A stretch of 64,000 nucleotides of DNA from Pseudomonadota bacterium. GTDB lineage: Bacteria > Pseudomonadota > Gammaproteobacteria > Burkholderiales > Burkholderiaceae_C. Of the stretch, positions 10,500 to 20,860 are shown piece after piece. The position numbers were made by a program, and so were the translations under genes. The notes under the pieces are model-generated. The model did not search any database and was not told the DNA's origin. It saw nothing but the letters and a program-made list of their open reading frames with translations. The stretch covers positions 5,323 to 69,322 of the forward strand of contig JAZKIC010000027.1 of NCBI GenBank assembly GCA_040385065.1. Reading direction: 5' to 3'. The first letter of the stretch is position 1. Each line of letters opens with the position of its first letter.

Positions 10500-12544
10500 T
10501 TCCGCGCATCAGGCGTTGGACGCCCCTGGACCGCTTGGCACGCCTTCCCCGCGACGGACGTGACACCCTGTTCTTGCTGGCCGTGATTGCCTGGCTGGTG
10601 CTGCCGCAAGTCGCCCGGCTGCCGTTGTGGTGTGGGGCGCTCGTGGCGGGCGTGCTGGCTTGGCGTGCCTGGCTGGCCGTGTCGGGCGGTGCCTTGCCGC
10701 GATCCAGATGGGTGGTGCTGCTGCTTCTGGCTGCGGTCGGCGCGACGATGGCGACGCACAACACGCTACTCGGCCGGGATGCAGGCGTCACGCTGATCGT
10801 CGTGTTGCTGGCACTCAAGACCCTGGAACTGCGCGCGCGTCGCGACGCCTTTGTCGTGTTTTTTCTGGGCTTTTTTACGCTGCTGACGAACTTCTTTTAC
10901 TCCCAGTCGCTCTTGACTGCGGTCGCCATGCTGGTGGGGCTGCTCGGCCTTCTGACAACGCTGGTACTGGCCCACATGCCCGTGGGCAAGCCTTCGCTCG
11001 CCGCAGCCGCGCGCCTCTCAGGTCGCATGGCATTGCTCGGCGCACCCGTCATGGTCGTGCTGTTCGTGCTTTTCCCGCGCCTGGCGCCGCTGTGGGGACT
11101 TCCCAGCGATGGCATGGCCGGGCGCAGCGGGCTGAGTTCGTCGATGGAAGTGGGCAGCATCGCCAGTTTGGTGCTCGACGAAAGCATCGCCATGCGCGTG
11201 CGTTTTCTCCAGCAGCGCCCCCCGCAGCAATACCTGTACTTTCGTGGCCCGGTCCTTTCGAGCTTTGACGGCCGAAGGTGGCAGCCCCTGCGCGCAAGCC
11301 TGCCGACACGCTACGCACTCAAGTCCGCACTTGAGGTGAGTGGGGAAGCGCTGGCGTATGAGGTGACGCTGGAGCCGACAAACCATCCTTGGCTCATGGT
11401 GCTGGACGCCGCTGCCGAGGCCCCTCAGGGTGCCGGGCTCGCGCCTCAATTGCAAGCCGACCTGCAATGGACGACGCGCAGCCCCATCACCGACCTCACG
11501 CGCTACACGGCCAAAAGCCATCTGGAATTTCGGCATGGCCCCGCGCAGCCGGTCATAGGCCTGCAGGAGTTCGTCGACCTGCCGCCCGGCTACAACCCGC
11601 GCACGCTGCAGCTCGCCGCCGACATCCGGCGGGATCCCCGTTACGCCCAGGCTGGCACGGCGACACTTGTCGCGGCCGTCATGGAGCGGCTGCGCACAGG
11701 CGGCTACGGCTACACGCTGGACCCCGGCGTCTACGGTGCCGACACGGCTGATGAATTCTGGTTCGACCGAAAAGAGGGCTTCTGCGAGCACATCGCCTCG
11801 GCCTTCGTGGTGCTCATGCGGGCACTCGATGTGCCCGCACGCATCGTCACCGGCTACCAGGGCGGCGAGCTCAATGGCGTCGATGGCTACTGGACCGTAC
11901 GCCAGAGCGACGCCCACGCCTGGGCTGAAGTCTGGCAGGCGGGCCAGGGATGGGTGCGGGTCGACCCGACGTCGGCCGTGGCCCCCAGCCGCACGCGCGG
12001 AACGCAGCGCCTTGCGGCGCCGGCCGGACTCGTCGGCGGCGCGTTCAGCGCTTTGAGCCCAGGGTTTGTCGCGCAGGTCAGGCAGGTGTGGGACGCCGTC
12101 AACAACCGCTGGAATCAGGTGGTGCTCAACTACACGCAGACACGCCAGCTCAATCTGCTGCGAAGCGTAGGGTTCACCACGCCGGACTGGCAGGATCTGG
12201 GCCTTGTCCTGCTGTTTCTCGTGGTGTTCGCGACTGCGGGTGGCGCGGCATGGGGGCTGTGGGAGCGCCGCCAGCGCGACCCCTGGCTGCGCCTGCTCGA
12301 CCGCGCCCGCGCAAAATCAGGCGTCGCTGCGCGCCCCCCCAGCTTTCTGCCGCGCCAGTTGGCCAAGGACCTGCTCGCGCAGCATGGCCCATCGGCCCAC
12401 GCCGCGCACGACTGGCTGCTGCGTCTGGAGGCCTGCCGTTATGCGCCGGCGGCGCGACAACCCGCGACACTCGGGCAATTAAAGCGCGAGTTTTCGCGCC
12501 TTGCGTGGCCTCATCAAGACCCCGGCAATACCGGCAACTCCTAA
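10496..12544 (+). CDS. transglutaminase-like membrane protein (TgpA/DUF3488-type)
   Basis: Multi-TM N-terminus, then the transglutaminase core EGFCEHIASAFVVLMRALDVPARIVTGY ... DAHAWAEVW. A GTG at 10493 or 10496 overlaps the DUF58 stop; the longer ORF from 10370 lies inside the DUF58 gene. Confidence 0.8.
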   Translation: MIPRIRRWTPLDRLARLPRDGRDTLFLLAVIAWLVLPQVARLPLWCGALVAGVLAWRAWLAVSGGALPRSRWVVLLLLAAVGATMATHNTLLGRDAGVTLIVVLLALKTLELRARRDAFVVFFLGFFTLLTNFFYSQSLLTAVAMLVGLLGLLTTLVLAHMPVGKPSLAAAARLSGRMALLGAPVMVVLFVLFPRLAPLWGLPSDGMAGRSGLSSSMEVGSIASLVLDESIAMRVRFLQQRPPQQYLYFRGPVLSSFDGRRWQPLRASLPTRYALKSALEVSGEALAYEVTLEPTNHPWLMVLDAAAEAPQGAGLAPQLQADLQWTTRSPITDLTRYTAKSHLEFRHGPAQPVIGLQEFVDLPPGYNPRTLQLAADIRRDPRYAQAGTATLVAAVMERLRTGGYGYTLDPGVYGADTADEFWFDRKEGFCEHIASAFVVLMRALDVPARIVTGYQGGELNGVDGYWTVRQSDAHAWAEVWQAGQGWVRVDPTSAVAPSRTRGTQRLAAPAGLVGGAFSALSPGFVAQVRQVWDAVNNRWNQVVLNYTQTRQLNLLRSVGFTTPDWQDLGLVLLFLVVFATAGGAAWGLWERRQRDPWLRLLDRARAKSGVAARPPSFLPRQLAKDLLAQHGPSAHAAHDWLLRLEACRYAPAARQPATLGQLKREFSRLAWPHQDPGNTGNS

Positions 12545-12553
12545 AATCAACCC

Positions 12554-13753
12554 ATGCAGATCCCCTTCAAGCGCCCCGGTTCATCGCATGGGCCATGGAC
12601 TGTCCTGGCACTGGTGGCCAGCGTCGTGGCCCTGGCGGGTCCAGCCTCAGCCGTTACCCCGGAAAAACCTCTCAAGGCGTCCCGGCCAGCCAAGTCGGTG
12701 CAGGCCGCCAAAGCGAACAAGGTGGCTGACAACGCCCCAGTCAAACGCAAGGTCGTCTCAGCAAAGCCAGTTCCGAAGTCGGGGCCACCTTATTCGACCC
12801 GGCCCGAAGCGATGCTGTTTGCCGATGATCTGGCCGAACGCCGCGACCTCGATTCCGCGTGGGTCAGGCAAGCGCTTGGCCAGGCCAACTACGTGCCGAC
12901 CATTGCCCGGCTGATGCAGCCGGCCACCCAGCCTTTCGTCAAAAACTGGCGTGTCTACCGCAGCCGCTTTATCGACAGGGCGCGCATCGAAGCCGGGGCC
13001 AGGTTCTGGCGCGATAACCAGGGCACGCTCGCCCGGGCCGAAAAAGAGTACGGGGTGCCAGCCGAAATCATCGTCGGCATCATCGGAGTCGAAACCATTT
13101 ACGGACGCGACACGGGCAGCTTTCGCGTGCTCGACGCGCTGGCCACTCTGGCTTTCGACTTTCCGGCATCGCACCCCCGCGCGGCCGAGCGCAGCGCTTA
13201 TTTCAAGGGCGAGATCGAACAGTTCCTGAGTCTGCAAAAGCGCATGGGGTCCGATCCCCTGATGCCGCGTGGCAGCTTTGCCGGAGCCATGGGCATGCCG
13301 CAATTCATGCCTTCGAGCTGGGCAAAGTTTGCCGTCGATTACGACGGCGATGACCGTATTGACCTGTGGAACAGTGTGCCGGATGTGATCGGATCCGTCG
13401 CTAACTATTTCAAAGCCTATCAGTGGCAAACCGGCATGCCTACGCATTACCCGGTGAGTTTCGACAAGTCGCGGCTCGACATGGACGCGCTCATGGCTCC
13501 GGACATCCTGCCGACTTTTCCGGTGGCGAGTTTTCAAGCCAAAGGCGCCGTGCTCGAAGGACCGGCACTGGAGCACCGCGGACCCCTCGCCCTCATCGAA
13601 TTGCTCAACGGTCCCGACGCGCCGAGCTATGTGGCCGGTACCGAAAACTTTTACGTCATCACGCGCTACAACTGGAGCAGCTACTACGCCATGGCCGTGA
13701 TCGAACTGGGTGAGGAAGTCAAGCGCGAAGTCGAGAAGCCGGCTACGCCCTGA
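12554..13753 (+). CDS. mltB: lytic murein transglycosylase B
   Basis: 399-aa ORF. Signal peptide, then MltB motifs IIVGIIGVETIYGR, AGAMGMPQFMPSSW, YNWSSYYA. Confidence 0.85.
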   Translation: MQIPFKRPGSSHGPWTVLALVASVVALAGPASAVTPEKPLKASRPAKSVQAAKANKVADNAPVKRKVVSAKPVPKSGPPYSTRPEAMLFADDLAERRDLDSAWVRQALGQANYVPTIARLMQPATQPFVKNWRVYRSRFIDRARIEAGARFWRDNQGTLARAEKEYGVPAEIIVGIIGVETIYGRDTGSFRVLDALATLAFDFPASHPRAAERSAYFKGEIEQFLSLQKRMGSDPLMPRGSFAGAMGMPQFMPSSWAKFAVDYDGDDRIDLWNSVPDVIGSVANYFKAYQWQTGMPTHYPVSFDKSRLDMDALMAPDILPTFPVASFQAKGAVLEGPALEHRGPLALIELLNGPDAPSYVAGTENFYVITRYNWSSYYAMAVIELGEEVKREVEKPATP

Positions 13754-13898
13754 CGCCCTGACGGCAGTCCTGGGAGCCACCGCATTTTCGGGACGGCGGC
13801 TGTACCGCCCGTCTTACAGGCGGCCGGCGGACAACAAAGCACCATGGGGCACACGGACCCGGCGTTCGGATCAGCCTCTTGTGCCTGCACCCTGGAAC

Positions 13899-15206
13899 AT
13901 GCCCAACCCCCGCTTCATCTTTGCCACCGGAATAGAAAACAGCAACCCGACCTTACGGGGCGGCACCCTTCGGGTGGACGAAATGAAGAAGTGCGGCCAC
14001 TACCAGCACTGGAAGAAAGACTTCGCGCTGGCCTGCGACATCGGTTGCCGTTACCTGCGCTACGGCCCGCCTTTGCACACGACATATCTGGGGCCCGACC
14101 GCTACGACTGGGATTTTGCCGATGCCACGTTCGGCGAATTACGCCGCCTGGACATGGTGCCCATCGTGGACCTCTGCCATTTCGGCGTGCCCGACTGGAT
14201 CGGCAACTTCCAGAACCCGGACTTCCCCGCCTTGTTCGCGCGCTACGCCAGCGCTTTTGCTGCGCGCTTTCCGTGGGTCCAGCTCTACACACCCGTCAAC
14301 GAGATGTACGTCTGCGCCAAGTTCTCGGCGTCCTATGGCTGGTGGAATGAGCAGCTCAGCAGCGACCGGGCCTTCGTGACCGCACTTAAGCACATCGTCA
14401 AGGCGAACGTACTGGCGATGCACGAGATCATCGGCAAACGCGCCGATGCGATCTTCATACAGAGCGAGTCTTCGGAATATTTCCATGCAGAAAATCCTGC
14501 GGCCATCGGACCGGCCGAGCTGATGAATGCCAAACGCTTTCTGTCACTCGACCTCAACTATGGCCGTCGCGTGGATTCGGAAATGTACGAATTCCTTATC
14601 GACAACGGCATGTCGCGGGACGACTACCACTTCTTCCTGCACAACAACCTCAAGCACCATTGCATCATGGGCAGTGACTATTACGGCACCAACGAGCACC
14701 GGGTCGCGGCCGACGGAAACACCGCCGCATCGGGAGAAATCTTCGGCTACGCCGTGATCACGCGCCAGTACCACGAGCGCTATCAATTGCCCGTCATGCA
14801 TACGGAAACCAACCTCGCCCAGGGGCCCGCCGGCACCGAAGCCGTGAACTGGCTGTGGAAGGAATGGGCCAATATGCTGCGCGTGCGCAATGACGGTGTG
14901 CCGGTGGTCGGCTTCACCTGGTACTCACTCACCGACCAGGTGGATTGGGACAGCGCACTGCGCGAAGACAATGGCCACGTCAACGCGCTCGGCTTGTACG
15001 ACCTGGACCGAAACATCCGGCCCGTGGGCCTGGCCTACAAAAAGCTCATAGCCGACTGGAAGGATGTGCTGCCGACGCAAAGCGTCTGCCTGGAAGTGCC
15101 CGTGGTCATGCCGAGCGAATTCAACGAAGCCTGGGCAATAAGGCGGCGCTCGGAAGCCAGGCTCAAACGCCGGGCGCTGGCCGACGCCCCCAAGAACGCC
15201 GACTGA
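13899..15206 (+). CDS. glycoside hydrolase family 1-like protein
   Basis: Starts MPNPRFIFATGIENS. Also contains TPVNEMYV and MHTETN segments resembling the GH1 acid/base and nucleophile regions. The upstream part of the ORF (13710-13898) overlaps mltB and is Arg/Pro-rich. Confidence 0.6.
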   Translation: MPNPRFIFATGIENSNPTLRGGTLRVDEMKKCGHYQHWKKDFALACDIGCRYLRYGPPLHTTYLGPDRYDWDFADATFGELRRLDMVPIVDLCHFGVPDWIGNFQNPDFPALFARYASAFAARFPWVQLYTPVNEMYVCAKFSASYGWWNEQLSSDRAFVTALKHIVKANVLAMHEIIGKRADAIFIQSESSEYFHAENPAAIGPAELMNAKRFLSLDLNYGRRVDSEMYEFLIDNGMSRDDYHFFLHNNLKHHCIMGSDYYGTNEHRVAADGNTAASGEIFGYAVITRQYHERYQLPVMHTETNLAQGPAGTEAVNWLWKEWANMLRVRNDGVPVVGFTWYSLTDQVDWDSALREDNGHVNALGLYDLDRNIRPVGLAYKKLIADWKDVLPTQSVCLEVPVVMPSEFNEAWAIRRRSEARLKRRALADAPKNAD

Positions 15207-15500
15207 AGCGCTTGAATTGCATCAGTCCTTGAGGGGTGGCGCAGAAGGCACCAGGCCGAAACCCAGATTGGCCTTGCCGGGGCGGACGGCCAGCGCTGAT
15301 CAGCCCGGCCGCTTGTAAATATTGCGGGCCGACGTCAGGCATATTGATGACCAAAGCCGGCACAGCATGGGGGTGGGAAAAACCGTGCGCTACGTCGCAG
15401 CGAGTCGCCATGGACTGGCCCGGCGAAAGATCGCGGGTTTCGCTGCCTACCGTTAGCGCGGATCAGTTCGGCGTCACGCGCGGCCAGCGCGTCGAAGCGG

Positions 15501-15920
15501 TCATTTTGCAAAGAGCATCGAAGGATCCCGAAAGGCCTTGAACTCCAGGGCATTACCCGACGGGTCCTTGAAGAACATGGTGGCCTGCTCGCCAACCTGC
15601 CCGGCGAATCGAATGCCCGGCTCGATGACGAACTTCGTGCCCAGTCCTTCGAGCCGTGCTGCCAGATCATGAAAGGCCTGCCATTCAAGCACCACACCGA
15701 AGTGCGGTACCGGAACGTCCTTGCCGTCGACCTCGTTGTGGTGCACGTTCTTTTTCTCAGGGCTCAGGTGCGCGACGATCTGGTGGCCGTAGAGATTGAA
15801 GTCGATCCATTCATCACTGGACCTTCCTTCCGGACAACCGAGAACGCTGCCATAGAACGTGCGGGCCTTGGCAAGGTCGTCGACGGGAAAAGCCAGATGA
15901 AAAGGTGAGCTTGTTTGCAT
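15501..15920 (-). CDS. VOC (glyoxalase/dioxygenase) family protein
   Basis: 139 aa from [23 protein letters not shown] to [14 protein letters not shown], a typical VOC fold pattern. The remainder of the 338-aa ORF upstream is non-protein-like. Confidence 0.75.
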   Translation of the reverse strand: MQTSSPFHLAFPVDDLAKARTFYGSVLGCPEGRSSDEWIDFNLYGHQIVAHLSPEKKNVHHNEVDGKDVPVPHFGVVLEWQAFHDLAARLEGLGTKFVIEPGIRFAGQVGEQATMFFKDPSGNALEFKAFRDPSMLFAK

Positions 15921-16148
15921 GAGTGCCTGTTGAGTTTGTCGGTAGACCGGAGATTTATAGCAGAAGGTATCTTGCCTTTGCCCTAGCCAATAGACAAGCT
16001 CTAGTCTTACGCGAAGCTCAGCCCAAGACCGACCGCCGGCGCCCCGCGGTCCATGGGACTCAGCCCTTCGTTGTGGCACGATCAGATTGAGGGAGCAAGT
16101 GGGCCGGGGATCAGTGAATTCTGGCCTGCCTTGGAGAACATAACTCGA

Positions 16149-16871
16149 ATGACCGAGTACCACCTGAACTTTTTTGACAGTGCCATCGTCGGGCCACTCA
16201 ACACGCTGGCCCGCAATTCGTGGGCGATCGACCAGGCGATCGCATTCATTTCGTTCAACCACATCGTCAAGGGCGGCGTCCTGATGGTGCTGCTCTGGTG
16301 GGGCTGGTTCAGGCAAGGGGAACGCGGTGCCCACGAGCGGGAACACACCATTTCGACGCTGATCGGTTGCGCCGTTGCCCTGATGGTGGGCAGGCTGATG
16401 GTGCTGGCCTTGCCCTTCAGGCTTCGGCCCATGCACCAGACCGACCTGCATTTCACGGTGCCATTCGGCGTGGCCGAGGGCGCCATGGATGGGCTGAGTT
16501 CGTTTCCCAGCGACCACGCCGTGCTGTTCTTTGCCCTGGCTTGCGGCATGTTCTTCATCTCACGGGCCATGGGCTGGGTCGCCCTGATCTACACCTTCGT
16601 GATGATTGCGCTGCCGCGTATATACCTTGGCCTGCACTATCCCACCGACATCCTGGGGGGCGCAGCGGTCGGCGCGCTGATCTGCTGGGTAGCGAACAAG
16701 ACACTGCCTCAGACTCCCCTTGTTCAGTACATCAAGGGGCTGTCGTTCACCCGCCCGGAAATTTTTTACCCCATGCTTTTTTTCGTCACGTACCAGATCG
16801 CCGATCTCTTCGAGAACTTGCGCGATATCGTGGGCGGTATTTACAAACTCATCAAATCATTCGTGGGCTGA
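16149..16871 (+). CDS. PAP2 family phosphatase, membrane
   Basis: PAP2 motifs SFPSDHAV and [12 protein letters not shown], with multiple TM helices. Start at MTEYHL (16149) is preferred over 16053. Confidence 0.7.
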   Translation: MTEYHLNFFDSAIVGPLNTLARNSWAIDQAIAFISFNHIVKGGVLMVLLWWGWFRQGERGAHEREHTISTLIGCAVALMVGRLMVLALPFRLRPMHQTDLHFTVPFGVAEGAMDGLSSFPSDHAVLFFALACGMFFISRAMGWVALIYTFVMIALPRIYLGLHYPTDILGGAAVGALICWVANKTLPQTPLVQYIKGLSFTRPEIFYPMLFFVTYQIADLFENLRDIVGGIYKLIKSFVG

Positions 16872-16885
16872 GCGACGCACTGGTC

Positions 16886-19800
16886 TCAGCCGGCTTGGGG
16901 TGACTCAACAGGCTGAACGCCCGCCGCTGGCACGGGCTGATCAATCAATTCAGGGGCAAAAGCAAGCGCTGCGCCCATATCGTTCAGCTGGCGTGCAAGT
17001 TCGCGCTGGCGCCGCATCGCCTTGGCCACGCTGGCTCGCTTGACGTGACCGAAGCCGCGAATCGTTTCGGGTAGCCGGCATAGCTCCTGAACCAGCGGCG
17101 CTGCGTCGGTATTGGCCAGAAGCGGCAAGGCCTGCGTGACCCAGTCGCGGTAAAGGTCGATGAGCGCTCGCTCCATCTTGCGCTCTTCGGTGCGGCCGAA
17201 CGGATCCAGCACAGTGCCGCGCAGGCCCCTGAATTTGGCAAGCACGCCAAACGCGCCACCCATCCAACTGCCGAACGTGCGCTTGACGAGATGCCCCTGA
17301 CTGTCCTTGCGCGCCAGAAGCGGAGGCGCCAGATGGTAGGCGAGCGAATAGTCGCCCTCGAACTGAGACTCGAGTTGCCGTTTGAAATCGGCATCGGTGT
17401 GCAGCCGCGCAACTTCATACTCGTCCTTGTAGGCCATGAGCTTGAAGAGGTTGCGCGCAACGGCCTTGCTGACGGCATCGCTGCTTCCTGCTTTTTGTTC
17501 GGCCTCGCGGACGCCCTGAACAAATTGGGCATAGCGCGACGCATAGGCCGCGTTCTGGTAGTTGCCCAGGAATTCCACACGCTTTTTCAGCAGCGTATTG
17601 AGCGACTCCGGCAACTGGACGGACACGGTCTGTTCCGTCACGGACGCGCAGCGGCTTTCCACCGCAGGCAGGTCGAACGCCGCCATACGTCCCCACTGCA
17701 AGGCCGTCTGATTGGCTGCAACCGCCACCCCGTTCAGTTCTATGGCCCGCATCAGCGCGGCCAGGGACACCGGTACGGCGCCGCGCTGGAACGCGTAGCC
17801 GAGCATGAAAAGGTTGGCCGAGATAGAGTCACCCATCAAGGCCGTGGCCAGCCGCGTCGCGTCGACGAAATCTGCACACTCACCCACCGACTCCCGAATG
17901 AGCGCCCGAACCTGCTCCGTTGGAAATGCCCAGTCGGGATTGCGCGCGAACTGCCCGGGTGGTTGCTCGTGCGTGTTGATGATGGCCAGCGTTCGACCGG
18001 GCCGGGTTTTGCCAATGGCGTCGGCCGCGCCCGCCGTGAGCAGGTCGCAGCCGAGGATCAAGTCAGCCTCCCCGGTCGCAATCCGCTGTGCATGAAGTTC
18101 GCCCGGCGCGCGGGCAAAGCGCACATGGGACGTCACAGAACCGTTTTTCTGGCTCATCCCGGTCATGTCCAGTACGCTTACGCCCTTTCCTTCGAGGTGA
18201 CCCGCCATGCCCAGCAGCGCACCGATGGTGATGACACCCGTTCCGCCGATCCCCGTGATGAGGATGTTGAACGGTCGCTGCAGGTCCGGTTCCGGAGGCA
18301 TGGGGAGCAGGTCGAACTTCGGTATGCCATTAGCCTTTTCCGCCCCCTGAGCACGCTTCGCATCCGGCTTGCGCAGCTTGCCACCCTTGACGCTCACAAA
18401 GCTGGGGCAAAAGCCCTTCACACAGGAATAGTCCTTGTTGCACGACGACTGGTCAATGACGCGCTTGCGGCCGAACTCTGTTTCTTTGGGGAGCAATGAA
18501 GTGCAGTTCGACTGCACGCCACAGTCGCCACAGCCCTCGCACACGAGTTCGTTGATGAACAGGCGCTCCGGCGGATCGACCAATTCCTTTTTCTTGCGGC
18601 GGCGGCGCTTTTCAGCGGCGCAGGTCTGGTCGTAGATCAGCACGCTGACCCCGGCGACCTCGCGCAACTCTCGCTGCACGTCATCGAGTTCTTCGCGGGC
18701 ATGCAGAGTGACTGAGGGCGGCAACTGGCTGCGGTCGGCGTAGCGCGACAGGTCTTCCGTCACCAGGGCGATCCGGCTGACCGATTCGGCCGCCATTTGC
18801 TGCGCAATCGCGAACACGCTGATCGGGCCATCGACGGGTTGCCCCCCTGTCATGGCGACGGCGTCGTTGTACAGAATCTTGTAGGTCATGTTGACCGGCA
18901 AGGTCCTGTTGGCCGCGACTGCGGCGCGGATTGCGAGGTAGCCCGAGTGGAAGTAGGTTCCGTCGCCCAGGTTGGCGAACACGTGCGGCACCTTGCTGAA
19001 GGCGGCAGCGCCTATCCACGGCGCGCCCTCCCCGCCCATTTGCGTGGTGAGCTTGTTGAACTCGGGGTAAATGGCCGTGGCCATGACGTGGCATCCGATG
19101 CCGGCCAGCGCAAAACTGCCCTCGGGAACGCGCGTGCTGGTGTTGTGCGGACAGCCCGAACAGTAATAGGCAGGCCTCGGCGGTGTGTCGATGGCGCGCT
19201 GCAGCACCGCGTCTTTTGCTTCCAGAAAAGCCAGCCGCGCTCGGATCAGGTCGTCGGTACTGGTGTGGATGTCGAGCCGCTTGATACGCCCGGCAATGAC
19301 ACGCGCCACCTGCGCCACCGAAAAGTCGGCGCGCGCGCTCAGCAGCCAGTCGCCCCGGCCGCGCGGGTTGTGCACGTCCCACTCGCCACGCTCGTCGAAC
19401 TTGCCAATGACGCGCGGCCGAACATCGTCACGCCAGTTGTAGAGGTGCTCCTTCAGCTGGTACTCGACCATCTGGCGCTTTTCCTCGACCACCAGAATCT
19501 CATCGAGTCCGCGCGCAAATTCACGTATGCCTTCCGGCTCAAGGGGCCAAGGCATCGCCACCTTGAAAAGCCGTATACCGATCTCGGCGGCCAGCGCTTC
19601 CGTAATGCCCAGTTCTTCCAGGGCCTCCAGCACGTCCATATAGCTCTTGCCCGAGGCCACAATTCCCAGCCTGGCTTTGGGCGAGTCGATTGTGACGCGG
19701 TTGATGCGATTCGCCCGCGCATAAGCCATGGCTGCATAGATCTTGTAGTCCTGCATCAGCGCTTCCTGCTTGCGCGCCTGAACACCGAGCGTGTCGGTCG

Positions 19801-20581
19801 AGAGCCGGCAATTCAAGCCGCCCTCGGGCACGACGAATTCGTCCGGAAGCACGATCTGCACCTTCATCGGGTCGGCCTCGATGGAGGCGCTCGATTCCAC
19901 GGTGTCGGCCAGCGCCTTGAAGCCGATGGCGCAGCCGGAAAAGCGCGACATGGCCCAGCCGTGCAAGCCCAGTTCGAGGTACTCCTGAACGTTGCACGGG
20001 TAGAGCATGGGAATCATCGAGGCGCTGAACACGTGATCGCTCTGATGCGGCAAAGTCGACGAATAGGCGCCGTGGTCATCGCCGGCCACCAGAAGCACGC
20101 CGCCGTATTTCGCCGTTCCGGCATGGTTCATGTGCTTGAGCACGTCGATGCTGCGGTCGACGCCCGGGCCCTTGGCGTACCACAGGGCGAACACGCCGTC
20201 GTAGTCCGACTCGCCCAGCAGATGGAGCTGCTGCGTGCCCCAGACGGAGGTAGCCGCCAGGTCTTCGTTGATGCCGGGAACAAAGCGCACGTGGTGCGCA
20301 TCGAGGTGCGGCTTCGCGGCCCAGAGCGCCTCATCGAGCCCGCCGAGCGGCGAGCCCCGGTAGCCGGAAACGAAGCCCGCCGTGTTGAGCCCGGCGGCGA
20401 CATCACGGATGCGCTGCATCAGCGGCAGCCGCACCAGCGCTTGAATGCCGCTGAGATAAATGCGCCCGCTGCGGGCTGTGTATTTGTCATCCAGCCCCAC
20501 CGCGTGCAAAGGCTGGGCAGCGGGCGGCTGGGCAGGACGCACAGCCGCAGAGGCCGCGTCGAGAAAAGTCTGGTCGGACAT
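16886..20581 (-). CDS. indolepyruvate ferredoxin oxidoreductase family protein (fused alpha/beta)
   Basis: 1231-aa ORF. TPP-binding region GDGTYFHSG, ferredoxin-like cysteine clusters CEGCGDCGVQSNC and CNKDYSCVKGFCPSF, and a C-terminal IorB-like domain. Confidence 0.9.
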   Translation of the reverse strand: MSDQTFLDAASAAVRPAQPPAAQPLHAVGLDDKYTARSGRIYLSGIQALVRLPLMQRIRDVAAGLNTAGFVSGYRGSPLGGLDEALWAAKPHLDAHHVRFVPGINEDLAATSVWGTQQLHLLGESDYDGVFALWYAKGPGVDRSIDVLKHMNHAGTAKYGGVLLVAGDDHGAYSSTLPHQSDHVFSASMIPMLYPCNVQEYLELGLHGWAMSRFSGCAIGFKALADTVESSASIEADPMKVQIVLPDEFVVPEGGLNCRLSTDTLGVQARKQEALMQDYKIYAAMAYARANRINRVTIDSPKARLGIVASGKSYMDVLEALEELGITEALAAEIGIRLFKVAMPWPLEPEGIREFARGLDEILVVEEKRQMVEYQLKEHLYNWRDDVRPRVIGKFDERGEWDVHNPRGRGDWLLSARADFSVAQVARVIAGRIKRLDIHTSTDDLIRARLAFLEAKDAVLQRAIDTPPRPAYYCSGCPHNTSTRVPEGSFALAGIGCHVMATAIYPEFNKLTTQMGGEGAPWIGAAAFSKVPHVFANLGDGTYFHSGYLAIRAAVAANRTLPVNMTYKILYNDAVAMTGGQPVDGPISVFAIAQQMAAESVSRIALVTEDLSRYADRSQLPPSVTLHAREELDDVQRELREVAGVSVLIYDQTCAAEKRRRRKKKELVDPPERLFINELVCEGCGDCGVQSNCTSLLPKETEFGRKRVIDQSSCNKDYSCVKGFCPSFVSVKGGKLRKPDAKRAQGAEKANGIPKFDLLPMPPEPDLQRPFNILITGIGGTGVITIGALLGMAGHLEGKGVSVLDMTGMSQKNGSVTSHVRFARAPGELHAQRIATGEADLILGCDLLTAGAADAIGKTRPGRTLAIINTHEQPPGQFARNPDWAFPTEQVRALIRESVGECADFVDATRLATALMGDSISANLFMLGYAFQRGAVPVSLAALMRAIELNGVAVAANQTALQWGRMAAFDLPAVESRCASVTEQTVSVQLPESLNTLLKKRVEFLGNYQNAAYASRYAQFVQGVREAEQKAGSSDAVSKAVARNLFKLMAYKDEYEVARLHTDADFKRQLESQFEGDYSLAYHLAPPLLARKDSQGHLVKRTFGSWMGGAFGVLAKFRGLRGTVLDPFGRTEERKMERALIDLYRDWVTQALPLLANTDAAPLVQELCRLPETIRGFGHVKRASVAKAMRRQRELARQLNDMGAALAFAPELIDQPVPAAGVQPVESPQAG

Positions 20582-20860
20582 GGAATTGCATCTTCCTGGG
20601 TAAGGTCTTGCATGTCACCCGCCAGGGTCGCCGGCGGGATCTCGAGGTAGCCGATGGGTAAATCGGCGCCTTGAGAAAGTATGCCCCGAACCGGGAAGAA
20701 TTTTTGACCGAATACGGCGGCTTTCGCTCGGCTCAGGTAGGCAAATCACGGCGGGAGCACTTTTTGGCAGAAAGATTTTTTGCCGTCCGAATAATGCCGA
20801 GCTCGCATTCGTGCTTGGGCGGAGGCTGAGCACTCGGCTGCAGTCAGCTCCGCCCTTCCA

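Noticed and set aside
12758-13780. 340-aa minus-strand ORF (similarly 11018..11917, 33226..34512 and 50538..51611)
   Set aside because: All are shadow ORFs opposite well-supported genes (mltB, the transglutaminase-like gene, the photolyase-like gene, int), with Arg/Gly-rich, motif-free translations.
18797-20650. 617-aa plus-strand ORF
   Set aside because: It lies antisense to the indolepyruvate oxidoreductase gene, which carries unambiguous TPP and Fe-S motifs.
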